The notes below the pieces were generated by a model. It saw only the letters and a list, made by a program, of their open reading frames with translations, was not told the DNA's origin and searched no databases. A program made the translations under genes and the position numbers. Positions 1-11,151 of a stretch of DNA of 62,173 nucleotides are shown here, piece by piece; the first letter of the stretch is position 1, and each line of letters opens with the position of its first letter. The stretch is from NCBI GenBank assembly GCA_019749875.1, contig JAIEPK010000143.1, positions 73,531-135,703 on the forward strand, given 5' to 3'. This DNA comes from Candidatus Binatia bacterium. GTDB lineage: Bacteria > Desulfobacterota > Binatia > UBA12015.

Positions 1-139
1 CCGCTGCGCGTCGCCGCGGCTGCCGGGGTGAGCCGCGTTCCGACGATCTGGTCCGAAAAGTCTCTCGCCGAGCGCTTGAGACGCTCCTCCTAGCTGCCGA
101 AAGAGGATAAACAGCTGCAGGTACGGCTGGAGGCGCACG

Positions 140-733
140 ATGAAGACGACGCGAATCGGACTCCTGGTCGCAGGGCTGCTGCTCAGCGGCGTACCTACGG
201 TGGCGTATGGCCAGGGAGCGCCGCCGATCACGCACGATTGCGACTACGTCGATCCCGAGCGTCCCTACGTTTGCGACGTCGGTCCGCCCAAGCCGTTGTC
301 GATGCGGAGCTTCCAGGAGATCCTCGCACACGACTCTGCCGTGCGCGCCGTGGTGCGTCGCATCGGGATGCCGTATGCGGCCGAGATGCAGCGCGTCCGT
401 GCGGAGAGTCCCTGGTTCTCGTGGGAGCTTCGCACCTACTACCCGTCGTACGACCGCATGTACGCCTTCTCGCGCGCTTTCATTCTGAACGTCCCCGAGG
501 TCTCGCTCCTGCGCTTCGAGGGCAAGATCCCACGCGACCGCTGGACTTCCGTCTCGGCGGTCCAGCAAACGACGTATGCCGGCGCCGACGCCGACGGAGC
601 AGCGGGACGTGCCGAGCGCGCCGCCGACGAAGCCGAGCGTCTTGCGGATCAGGCGACGCGCTACGCCGACCAGGCAGAGGCCATCGCCGATCAGGCGGAT
701 CAGGGATTCAAGCAGTCGCTCGTCAAACACTAG
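140..733 (+). CDS. Secreted hypothetical protein with C-terminal alanine-zipper coiled coil
   Basis: Signal peptide (MKTTRIGLLVAGLLLSG..AYG); GGAGG RBS upstream; C-terminus AAGRAERAADEAERLADQA...FKQSLVKH resembles OprI/Lpp-type alanine zippers. Confidence 0.7.
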   Translation: MKTTRIGLLVAGLLLSGVPTVAYGQGAPPITHDCDYVDPERPYVCDVGPPKPLSMRSFQEILAHDSAVRAVVRRIGMPYAAEMQRVRAESPWFSWELRTYYPSYDRMYAFSRAFILNVPEVSLLRFEGKIPRDRWTSVSAVQQTTYAGADADGAAGRAERAADEAERLADQATRYADQAEAIADQADQGFKQSLVKH

Positions 734-779
734 CGCGTCCCGCCCGGCGCTGGGCGGGTGCGACGGGCGATCAGCCTCG

Positions 780-1733
780 ATGCGTGCGCTGACCTGGGAT
801 GGTCACCGGCTCCGACTGGTGACCGATGCCCCCGATCCTGTTCCGGCATCCGGAAGCGCCGTCGTGCGTGTGCGGCTGGCAGGGATCTGTTCGACCGACC
901 TGCAGATCCTGCATGGCTACTTGGGGTTCCGCGGCATCCTCGGTCATGAGTTCGTCGGCGACGTCGTTGCCGGCCCCGAAGCGCTCATCGGTAGACGGGT
1001 GGTCGGCGAGATCAACTTCGCCTGTCGACGCTGCGTGCAATGCCTCGCCGGCCGCCATCGGCACTGTCCGTCGAGAACCGTGATGGGGATTCTCGGGGCC
1101 GACGGTGCCTTCGCGGAACTGGTGCGGGTTCCTATCGAGAACTTGCGCTGTGTCCCCGAGGACATTGCAGACGATGCAGCGGTGTTTGCCGAGCCGCTGG
1201 CCGCTGCCGTCGAAGCTTGCGACCAGACCACGGCATTCGCGGGCGCACGAGCGCTGGTGGTGGGCGCCGGGAAGCTAGGACTCCTCGTCGCGCAGGTGCT
1301 AGCCGTTCGCGGAGATCGCGTCGACGTGCTGTCGCGCAATCCTCGATCCGCAGCGATCGTCGAGACGCTTGGGCTCCGTTCGATTGGCGCCCAGTCGCTT
1401 CCACGCGGTTACGATCTGGTCGTCGATGCCACCGGTGACTCGACAGGCCTCGCGATCGCGATCGATGCTGTGCGACCGCTGGGGGCGATCGTGCTCAAGT
1501 CCACGATCGCGGCTCACCACGATGTCGACCTGGCACCGCTGGTGGTCAACGAGGTGACCCTGATCGGCTCGCGGTGCGGAAACTTCGACGCCGCTCTGCA
1601 GCTTCTCGAGAAGCGGCGAATCGAAGTGGAGCCATTGATCGAGCGAATCATGCTCCTCGATCAGGGAATTGAAGCCCTTGAGAGCGCCGGCCGAGCCGGC
1701 GCTCTCAAGGTTCTGTTGAAGCCAGACGCCTGA
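780..1733 (+). CDS. Zinc-dependent MDR alcohol dehydrogenase
   Basis: GICSTD, GHEFVG, structural Zn cluster CRRCVQC..C, GAGKLG nucleotide-binding motif; start moved to ATG 780. Confidence 0.92.
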   Translation: MRALTWDGHRLRLVTDAPDPVPASGSAVVRVRLAGICSTDLQILHGYLGFRGILGHEFVGDVVAGPEALIGRRVVGEINFACRRCVQCLAGRHRHCPSRTVMGILGADGAFAELVRVPIENLRCVPEDIADDAAVFAEPLAAAVEACDQTTAFAGARALVVGAGKLGLLVAQVLAVRGDRVDVLSRNPRSAAIVETLGLRSIGAQSLPRGYDLVVDATGDSTGLAIAIDAVRPLGAIVLKSTIAAHHDVDLAPLVVNEVTLIGSRCGNFDAALQLLEKRRIEVEPLIERIMLLDQGIEALESAGRAGALKVLLKPDA

Positions 1734-1736
1734 GAA

Positions 1737-2174
1737 TCAAGCGGACTGACGGAGGTGGCGTTCGCGCAGCGTGATCGAATGTCTCTTGCCGTTCACGCGA
1801 CGGAACGGGAAGCGATAAAGGCCGGAACGACCGTTCATTCGCTCCTTGCGCCACGCCTGCAGGCCTCGCCGGAGCGATTCCGGTTCGAACTTGAGCGCCG
1901 CGCAGATGTTTTCGAAAGAGTACGGCCAGCTCGTATCGGTCGAATTGATCCAGCTTTCGGCCTCCTCGAACAGTCGCTGGTTGCGACGCCCGGGATCGAC
2001 CGCGAAGCGTTGATACGTCGCGACGGCGTCTTCCATGACGGCCAGCATCAGTCGGATCTCCGGACGATCGGTCGATTCTGCCTGGATCCGGTCGCGATGC
2101 TGCTCGGGCGTGATCAGGTCGGGTTCGAATAGTCGAACGACGTTGTCTTCTGGCGCGGAGTACGCTGAATCCAT
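1737..2174 (-). CDS. Conserved-type hypothetical protein (RLMLAVMEDA...WPYSFENIC motif)
   Basis: ATG at 2174 with GGGAGG RBS and a sigma54 promoter directly upstream; protein-like composition. Confidence 0.75.
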   Translation of the reverse strand: MDSAYSAPEDNVVRLFEPDLITPEQHRDRIQAESTDRPEIRLMLAVMEDAVATYQRFAVDPGRRNQRLFEEAESWINSTDTSWPYSFENICAALKFEPESLRRGLQAWRKERMNGRSGLYRFPFRRVNGKRHSITLRERHLRQSA

Positions 2175-2204
2175 AGTGCCTCCCGTAGACGTGCGCGCCT
2201 CGGC

Positions 2205-2220
2205 AGCAGGTTCCGTGCCA
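2205..2220 (-). promoter_or_regulatory. Sigma54 (-24/-12) promoter
   Basis: Minus strand TGGCACGGAACCTGCT vs consensus TGGCAC-N5-TTGCW; about 30 nt upstream of ATG 2174. Confidence 0.7.
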
Positions 2221-2324
2221 TTTCCGAACTGCGCTCCGTGGCCGGCCGCTGTTGATCCGCCCCTCGTCTCGTGTTGGATTGCGACAGCTCGGAGTGTCCC
2301 GAGTGCGATCGACCGTGTTGCGTT

Positions 2325-2846
2325 ATGCCTCCCGAAGAAAAGCCCAAGCCGCCTCCGCCTCCGACTCTGAGTCGTCTCGCGGAGGACGCGCTCGTCGAGA
2401 GTATCGACGGCCCCGTGGAGATCGTTAAGCTCGCCGGGAAGGTCATGCCGGTGCTGACCAGATTCCGGGACGGTGCCCTCGGTTTCCGCATGATGACTGC
2501 TGTCCGACAGCTCGACGACGGCGACCTCTTCGAGCTGCTGAATGCCGATGAGCAACGCGTCCGCCTGGGCGGCGATCACGTTCTCGTTTGCGAAGATGGC
2601 TCAGAGGTGCGCGTGCGCGATCTGCAGGTGGGTGACCGACTGCACGCCGGATGGACGTATCTCCCAGGCTACACTCCACCGAACGCTGCCGAATACGCGC
2701 CCGGTGTTCGGGGACGGCCATGGGATCGGGCTGTGGTCGTGACCGCGGTTCGGAGCGTCGGTCGCGGTGCGCAGTACGGGTTTTCGGTCAACGAGACCAA
2801 GCGCTACTTCCTGAGCTTCGGAGCGATGAGCCGGGCGCAGGTTTGA
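2325..2846 (+). CDS. Stand-alone degenerate Hint (intein-like) domain protein
   Basis: Block A-like RLAEDALVESIDG, block B-like LGGDH, DLQVGDRL, block F-like VTAVRSVGRGAQYGFSV; lacks Cys1 and terminal His-Asn. Confidence 0.65.
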   Translation: MPPEEKPKPPPPPTLSRLAEDALVESIDGPVEIVKLAGKVMPVLTRFRDGALGFRMMTAVRQLDDGDLFELLNADEQRVRLGGDHVLVCEDGSEVRVRDLQVGDRLHAGWTYLPGYTPPNAAEYAPGVRGRPWDRAVVVTAVRSVGRGAQYGFSVNETKRYFLSFGAMSRAQV

Positions 2847-2860
2847 GTCCGAAAGCACCG

Positions 2861-3598
2861 ATGCAGGCGGTGCACGGCGCAGCTGCTTGCATGCGACGCG
2901 GTCCCGGAACGCGACATGGTGCGAACGAGGGCCGGTCGATTCCCAGGACGCGTCGTCAGGACACGAGCAATCTGATCCGGCTGGCAGCGCTGCTGATTCT
3001 CGCCATCCAAATCCCGGCTGGGCCGTCGCGCGCGGCAGATCCCGTAGGAACCGAGGCCTCGCGGGCGGCGCTGGCAACGTGTCACAGCGGCCAGGCCGCA
3101 GCCGATCGCGAGTCGACGGACCTCCTGGCGCTGAGTCTCGAGCAGGCTGATCGAGCGATCGCGGCAGACGACCACGACGCCCTGGCCTACTTCGCTCGCT
3201 TTTGTGCACTGGGCGAGCAAGCCCGTCGGTCGGGAGCCTCGTTGTCCAGCCTCGTCAAGCTCTGGGCAATCCGGGACGCCGTCGATCGCACGCTCGTCCT
3301 CGCGCCCGATTTCTCGGACGCTCTGTACGGGAAGGGCGCCTTTCTGTGCTCGGTACCTCGCCTGCTCGGTGGCGACCCCGACGAAGGGGAGCGGCTCGTT
3401 CGTCGTGCGCTCGAGGTCGATCCGGAGTTCGTCGGAGCGAGGCTTTTTCTCGCCCAGCGACTCTTCGATCGTGGGGACCGGGCGGGAGCAGCGGCGCAGG
3501 CGACGCGCGCGCTCGAGGCTGCGGAACGCAAGAACGACCCGTCGGCGATCGCGAAGGCCCAACGGGTCCGGGATGCCACGGCGGCACCCGCGAAGTGA
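2861..3598 (+). CDS. TPR-like helical repeat protein, probably exported
   Basis: TPR-like helices (ALYGKG..L, RRALEVDPEFVGARLFLA); hydrophobic signal-like segment [14 protein letters not shown]; start uncertain. Confidence 0.7.
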   Translation: MQAVHGAAACMRRGPGTRHGANEGRSIPRTRRQDTSNLIRLAALLILAIQIPAGPSRAADPVGTEASRAALATCHSGQAAADRESTDLLALSLEQADRAIAADDHDALAYFARFCALGEQARRSGASLSSLVKLWAIRDAVDRTLVLAPDFSDALYGKGAFLCSVPRLLGGDPDEGERLVRRALEVDPEFVGARLFLAQRLFDRGDRAGAAAQATRALEAAERKNDPSAIAKAQRVRDATAAPAK

Positions 3599-3603
3599 GC
3601 GGG

Positions 3604-4218
3604 TCACTCGCCCGAAGGCACGCCCATGCTCGCGAACTCCAAGGCCCGTCGGGCGTAACGCGCGAGCATGTCGATCTCGAGATTGACGGAATCGCCCACC
3701 GCCCGGCGTGAGAGAGTCGTCACCTCGAAGGTATGGGGGATCAGAGCGACGGCGAACGACGACTCGCGCACGTCGCACATCGTCAGGCTGATCCCGTCGA
3801 CCGCGATGGATCCCTTGTCGACCAGGTACGGCGCGAGCGACGGATCGGTCTGGACCCGAAGCGTGTAACCGGCGCCGGCTGGTTCCAAGGCGCTGACTCG
3901 CCCCACGCCGTCGACGTGACCGAAGACGAAGTGGCCGCTCAAGCGGTCGCCGAGTCGCAGCGAACGCTCTAGGTTGACCACGTCGCCCACGCGCAACGAG
4001 CCGAGTGTCGTGCGCCGCAGCGTCTCCGCGCTCAGATCGGCAGCGAAGGCACCCGGAGGAAAGGCCACCGCCGTCAAGCATACACCGCTGGTCGCGATGC
4101 TCTCGCCGATGGTCAGCTCCGCGGCGCCGAAACCGTGACGGACGACCAAGCGCGCGTCGTCACCGCGCTTGTCGAAGGACTCGACGGTTCCGAGCGACTC
4201 GATGATCCCGGAGAACAC
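3604..4218 (-). CDS. ribE: Riboflavin synthase (alpha chain)
   Basis: N-terminal MFSGII, GHFVFGHVDG, KGSIAVDGISLT, VNLEID. Confidence 0.96.
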   Translation of the reverse strand: MFSGIIESLGTVESFDKRGDDARLVVRHGFGAAELTIGESIATSGVCLTAVAFPPGAFAADLSAETLRRTTLGSLRVGDVVNLERSLRLGDRLSGHFVFGHVDGVGRVSALEPAGAGYTLRVQTDPSLAPYLVDKGSIAVDGISLTMCDVRESSFAVALIPHTFEVTTLSRRAVGDSVNLEIDMLARYARRALEFASMGVPSGE

Positions 4219-4235
4219 GGTTCCGCGAGCTGGTG

Positions 4236-4535
4236 CTACTTCTCGACGCCCTCGACCGCGCGGACCCCGGGAATCCGGAGGCCGTCGCGCTCGCGCGCGG
4301 CCGCTTCGTCGAGAAATGCGTGGTTGGCCGCGACGGCATCGAGCGGCACGCTGCCGTCCGCGACTGCCTGGACCAGCGCCATCAGATCCACGACCTCCGC
4401 GTGCCAGCCATGTTGCCGGGCGCGAGGCTGCTCGATCAGCTCACGGTCCCGCTTCGCGAAGAAGAGATCTTCCCGCGCATGCTCAAGATCACGCAGCTTG
4501 TCCCCGAGACGATCTTTACCCGAATCCGCGCTCAC
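4236..4535 (-). CDS. Small hypothetical protein with IF1-like charged N-terminal helix
   Basis: DRLGDKLRDLEHAREDLFFAKRDRELIE; GTG start; co-oriented between a small membrane gene and ribE. Confidence 0.6.
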   Translation of the reverse strand: MSADSGKDRLGDKLRDLEHAREDLFFAKRDRELIEQPRARQHGWHAEVVDLMALVQAVADGSVPLDAVAANHAFLDEAAARERDGLRIPGVRAVEGVEK

Positions 4536-4538
4536 GAC

Positions 4539-4757
4539 TCACCTGCCTCCTGCCGCCGCGGGATCGATGCCACCTCGCCGAGGGTACAGACGAGACGACG
4601 CAGCCGGGTGCGACGCGAGGAACGGTAGCCCGACCCCGGTCACGACCAGTCCCAGCAGGATCCAGAGCGGAACACCGTTCACGACTCCGATGAGAAGCAT
4701 GGCCAGGCCCCACAGCGAGATGGCCAGCGAAGCGATGAAGCGAGTGACGGACAACAT
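4539..4757 (-). CDS. Small membrane protein (two TM helices)
   Basis: MLSVTRFIASLAISLWGLAMLLIGVVNGVPLWILLGLVVTGVGLPFL; 3-bp gap to next gene. Confidence 0.6.
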   Translation of the reverse strand: MLSVTRFIASLAISLWGLAMLLIGVVNGVPLWILLGLVVTGVGLPFLASHPAASSRLYPRRGGIDPAAAGGR

Positions 4758-4883
4758 GGCTGCGTTCGCCGTACCACGGGTCCGGCGCTGCCACCAGTTC
4801 GGGCATTCGCGCTTGTGGGCCCGACGATCGTGGTTACGTTCTCCGCGCCGCTGCCGGACGGTGGCGGTTGAGGGGGTACGAGA

Positions 4884-7508
<2,625 letters not shown>

Positions 7509-7559
7509 CGTCGCAGGCGACGGGTCGATGATGGGCCCCGTCGGCTGCGAAACAGCGGC

Positions 7560-7575
7560 TTGACATCGCGGGTCA
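7560..7575 (+). promoter_or_regulatory. TTGACA -35 hexamer overlapped by TGAC-N7-GTCA inverted repeat (possible TetR autoregulatory site)
   Basis: TTGACATCGCGGGTCA upstream of TetR gene; no well-spaced -10 found. Confidence 0.35.
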
Positions 7576-7608
7576 GCAGGGGATCTTCTAGCTTCTCGCG
7601 GTGAAGCG

Positions 7609-8187
7609 ATGGATGCCCGGACGAAGATCCTCGAGACCGCCACACGGCTGTTCGCGACGCACGGTTACGACAGCACCTCTCTGTCGCACGTGGCGAAGGC
7701 CGCGAGCGTCAGCAAGGCCCTGATCTTCTGGCACTTCGAGACCAAGGAGAACCTGTTTCAGGCGGTCCTCTCGCGCACCATCGAGCCCTACACGATCGAC
7801 ATCGACGACCTCGACGGGCTCAACGAGCCGGAGCAGCTGCGTCGCCTGATCGACCTCTACTACGAGTTCGTGACCGAGAACGTCTTCTCGGTGCGCTTCT
7901 TTCTGAGACTCTTTCTCCGCGAGGAGAAGCGTCCAGACAACCTCTTCGGGCGAATTCTCGATCTCTACCGGCTGTACCAGCAGCTGCTGGCCGACGTGAT
8001 CGCACGAGGCCAGGGCCGGGGAACCTTGTCGCGCGAAGTGGAGCCGAGCCTGCACGCGGCGTTGATCCTCAGCACGCTCAACGGGGTCTTGGTCCAAGGG
8101 TTCATGGGCGAGCCGGAACCCCATCCGCCGCAGCGCTTGGTCGAGCAGCTCAAGACGACGCTCGTTGACAGGCTGCGAGTGCAGTGA
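7609..8187 (+). CDS. TetR/AcrR family transcriptional regulator
   Basis: N-terminal HTH ILETATRLFATHGYDSTSLSHVAKAASVSKALIFWHF. Confidence 0.93.
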   Translation: MDARTKILETATRLFATHGYDSTSLSHVAKAASVSKALIFWHFETKENLFQAVLSRTIEPYTIDIDDLDGLNEPEQLRRLIDLYYEFVTENVFSVRFFLRLFLREEKRPDNLFGRILDLYRLYQQLLADVIARGQGRGTLSREVEPSLHAALILSTLNGVLVQGFMGEPEPHPPQRLVEQLKTTLVDRLRVQ

Positions 8188-8265
8188 AAAGGTCTCCCGC
8201 CGTTGGCGGCTACCTCGTCGAAGCGCTGGCTTCGATCGGTGGCGGAGGAGGGGCGCGGGGATTTC

Positions 8266-8778
8266 ATGCGCGACTGGTTTCGTTCGATGGCTGACAAGGC
8301 GCTCCAGAAAGTGGAGTCGCAACCGCGTGCGCCGCGCCGCGGGAATCGTGAGAAGGAGCTCTTCGCGATCCGCGCTCGAGAGGTGAAGGGCCTCTTCCAG
8401 CGGCTCGAGGCGCTCTCGCAGGCCATCAACAAGGAGGCATCGTCGACGCTGATCAGCGCCCAGCGTTCGATCAGTGCGAAGAACCTCGGTGGCATCGAGG
8501 TCCCGGATGGAGCGCGACTCGTCCTCAAGTTCCTCGATCGACGCCTCGAGGTCGTGGTCAATCCCCTGCAGAGCGTCGGCGGTCGCCCGGTGCCCATCGG
8601 CGGCCTCGCGTCCGCGTCGGTGATTCAATACGACGCGAGCGATCCGACAGGCGCGGACTGGTTCGACGTCACTCTCCGCGAGGACGGCTGGCACAAGAAG
8701 GTCGGCGACAACGAGGCCGGTGCGGCTGCCCTCGGCGACAAAGAGCTGCGAAAGCTCATCGAGTGGCTGATCTCCTGA
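8266..8778 (+). CDS. Hypothetical protein
   Basis: Open frame with typical codon bias; GGAGGAG upstream; start 8203 or 8266. Confidence 0.65.
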   Translation: MRDWFRSMADKALQKVESQPRAPRRGNREKELFAIRAREVKGLFQRLEALSQAINKEASSTLISAQRSISAKNLGGIEVPDGARLVLKFLDRRLEVVVNPLQSVGGRPVPIGGLASASVIQYDASDPTGADWFDVTLREDGWHKKVGDNEAGAAALGDKELRKLIEWLIS

Positions 8779-8782
8779 GAGC

Positions 8783-9487
8783 TCACCAGCCGCGCAGCTG
8801 CGCGTAGACCGACAGCAACGTGTAGTACGCCGGGTAGGCGAGGGAGATTGCGGCGAGCGTCGTCGCCCGCTCCGGCAGGAGAACGAGGATCGCGGCGACC
8901 GCGACCGCCCACACGAGCCCGAGCCCGACCGTCGATGCGCGCATCCATGCCATGCGCGAGGGGTACAGGAATCGTAGCGGTGCGAAGACCATCGCTGCCA
9001 GGAAGAACGTCAGAGCCGCGCACGCGTCCGGGCCTACCGCGAAGACGTAGAGGTAGAGCGCGACGATGTTCCAGTATGACGGGAAACCCGTGAAGTAGTG
9101 GTCGGCCGTCTTCGCGTCGGCGTGACAGAAGCGGTACGCCGACGCGAGGAGTGCGAGCGATCCGGCCGCGATCCCGACCGCCCCCTGCAGCATCCCCACT
9201 TCCACCATCAGCACGATCGGCACGAGGACGAAAGTCAAGTAATCGACGATGTCGTCGAGCTTGGCACCATCGAACTGCGGCAGATGACGCTTGACGTCGG
9301 CCGCACGCGCCAGCACGCCGTCGCTCGCGTCGACGGCAACGGCGACGTACAGCCACCAGAACGCCATGGTGACGTCGCGCGCGAAGATCGCATGCAGAGC
9401 GGCGAAGGCCGCGACCGCACCACTCGCGGTGTAGAGATGAACTGCCCAGCACGCCGACAGGCGCAGCAGCGACGGCCGCTCGTTCAC
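8783..9487 (-). CDS. CDP-alcohol phosphatidyltransferase, phosphatidylcholine synthase (Pcs)-like
   Basis: DASDGVLAR...G..LDDIVDY signature; FTGFPSYWNIV; multiple TM helices. Confidence 0.85.
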   Translation of the reverse strand: MNERPSLLRLSACWAVHLYTASGAVAAFAALHAIFARDVTMAFWWLYVAVAVDASDGVLARAADVKRHLPQFDGAKLDDIVDYLTFVLVPIVLMVEVGMLQGAVGIAAGSLALLASAYRFCHADAKTADHYFTGFPSYWNIVALYLYVFAVGPDACAALTFFLAAMVFAPLRFLYPSRMAWMRASTVGLGLVWAVAVAAILVLLPERATTLAAISLAYPAYYTLLSVYAQLRGW

Positions 9488-11151
9488 GGGCTCACGCGGA
9501 CCACGCTGCCGTCGGACGGAAGCGCGACCAGGATGCTGCCATCCGGCGAAGTCAGCATGGCGATCGGGCGGGGATCAGATTCGGCGTCACCGAAGGCAAG
9601 GCCGGTCGCGATCTTGCGATGCGAGCCGTCCGGGTCGATGCGGACCAGCGAGCTGGTCCGCGTTTCCGCGACGAACACGTGACCGCTCGAATCCGCGGCT
9701 ACCCCGCCCGGAGCCGCGAGACCCGTCGCGACCAGAGCCGGCGGGCTCCCCTCGCGGATCGCCAGGACACGCCCGCCGGTCGGTTCCGTGGTGAGGATCT
9801 GTCCGCCGCGGGCGGCGAGGCCGAGCGGACTCACGAGGCCGCTTGCGAGCGTCCGTGTACTGCCGTCCGCGTCGACGCGGACGATCCGCCCGGCGCCCGT
9901 ATCCGCGACGACGACGCCGCCGTCGGACAGAGCCAGGATGCTGGTCGGGCGATCGAATCCCCCAGCGACCTTTTCGCTCGTCCGCGCTGTGAGATCGATC
10001 CGGTGTACCTCGCCGAGCTCCGGCACCGTGATCCAGGCGACGCCGCCGGACCCTAGAGCGAGCGCGAACGGCGGCGGAATGGCGTCGATGGTGGTCGCGA
10101 CGAGAATGTCGGCGCCACCACCGCGAAGCCGTCGAACCGACACCCCGTCGCTCACCAGAAGATCGTCGCCCGTCTGAGCGAGTCCGCTCGGCATCACGAG
10201 ACCGCCGCCCTCGAGGACGCGAGGGGCGGATGGCCACGGCTTGTAGGCCGTGACTTCGCCCGTGAGGAAGTTCGAGACCACGACCGACTCGCCGCAGGTG
10301 GTCAGGTCGCCGATACCTGGCGCGAGCCGGACGGTTTCGGTCGGTTCCTGCGCGGCGCCGCTCGTCGAAGGCAGCGCATGGACGGCTCCGGTCGCCGTCT
10401 CGAGCACCACGAGTTCGCCTTTGGCGGCACGCTTGACCGCGACCGGCGCATGCAAGCCGCTCGCGAGCGTCGTCTTCGTCCCGTCGCTCGTTTGGACGCG
10501 GACGACCGACCCGGCCGCGCGGAGCGGGACGACGAGTGAGCCATCGGCATCGGCCGTCATCGCGCCAGGACAGGAAAGCCCGCTCGCGACCGTGTGCGGC
10601 GCACTCTGAGCGCCGCTGCCAAGCTCCAGCAACTTGCCGTCGGACGCACACGATCCAACGAAGATTCGGCCAGCATCGTCGATCGCGATGCCACTCGGGT
10701 CGGCGATGCCACGCGCGATCGGCTCCCAGCCTCCGTCGGAGGCGCGACGTCGCCACACGTCACCGGTTGCGGTCGCGATGACGAGAAGGTCGCCGTTCGC
10801 TGCGAACGCGACGTCGCCCGGCTCTCGTGCGGCCGTCGGAAGCGCGACGCTCGCGAAGGTTCCATCGGCAGACACGAGGAGCACGCGATTGCCAAGGGTC
10901 TCCGTCACCATGAGCTGGCGGTCCCGGCAGGCGAGGCCGTTCGCGCCGCGCAACGGGGTGGCGCGGTGCACGAATGCGAGCGTGGTCGGCGGCAACGCGA
11001 CCGGACCACTCGCGAGGGCTTGGTCGGCCTCCCGAGAACCGACCGCAAGGGCGACGCGGGCCGCGGTGTCGTCGGAGAGCCGTCGCGCCGCGCACCCTGT
11101 CGTCAACGCCAACGCGAGCGCCGCCGACCCGGCGATCGCGCTGGACCTCAC
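9484..11151 (-). CDS. Lipoprotein with tandem beta-propeller (NHL/SMP-30/Vgb-like) repeats
   Basis: Lipobox LTTGC; repeated A(S/T)GL..P.G(I/L)A blades; 4-bp overlaps with both neighbours. Confidence 0.8.
   Translation of the reverse strand: MRSSAIAGSAALALALTTGCAARRLSDDTAARVALAVGSREADQALASGPVALPPTTLAFVHRATPLRGANGLACRDRQLMVTETLGNRVLLVSADGTFASVALPTAAREPGDVAFAANGDLLVIATATGDVWRRRASDGGWEPIARGIADPSGIAIDDAGRIFVGSCASDGKLLELGSGAQSAPHTVASGLSCPGAMTADADGSLVVPLRAAGSVVRVQTSDGTKTTLASGLHAPVAVKRAAKGELVVLETATGAVHALPSTSGAAQEPTETVRLAPGIGDLTTCGESVVVSNFLTGEVTAYKPWPSAPRVLEGGGLVMPSGLAQTGDDLLVSDGVSVRRLRGGGADILVATTIDAIPPPFALALGSGGVAWITVPELGEVHRIDLTARTSEKVAGGFDRPTSILALSDGGVVVADTGAGRIVRVDADGSTRTLASGLVSPLGLAARGGQILTTEPTGGRVLAIREGSPPALVATGLAAPGGVAADSSGHVFVAETRTSSLVRIDPDGSHRKIATGLAFGDAESDPRPIAMLTSPDGSILVALPSDGSVVRVSP

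Noticed and set aside
4758-4883. CIRCE or HAIR heat-shock operator before clpB
   Set aside because: Neither TTAGCACTC-N9-GAGTGCTAA nor CTTGAGT-N7-ACTCAAG is present
4219-4883. FMN riboswitch upstream of riboflavin synthase
   Set aside because: Region is occupied by two small ORFs and lacks RFN consensus blocks
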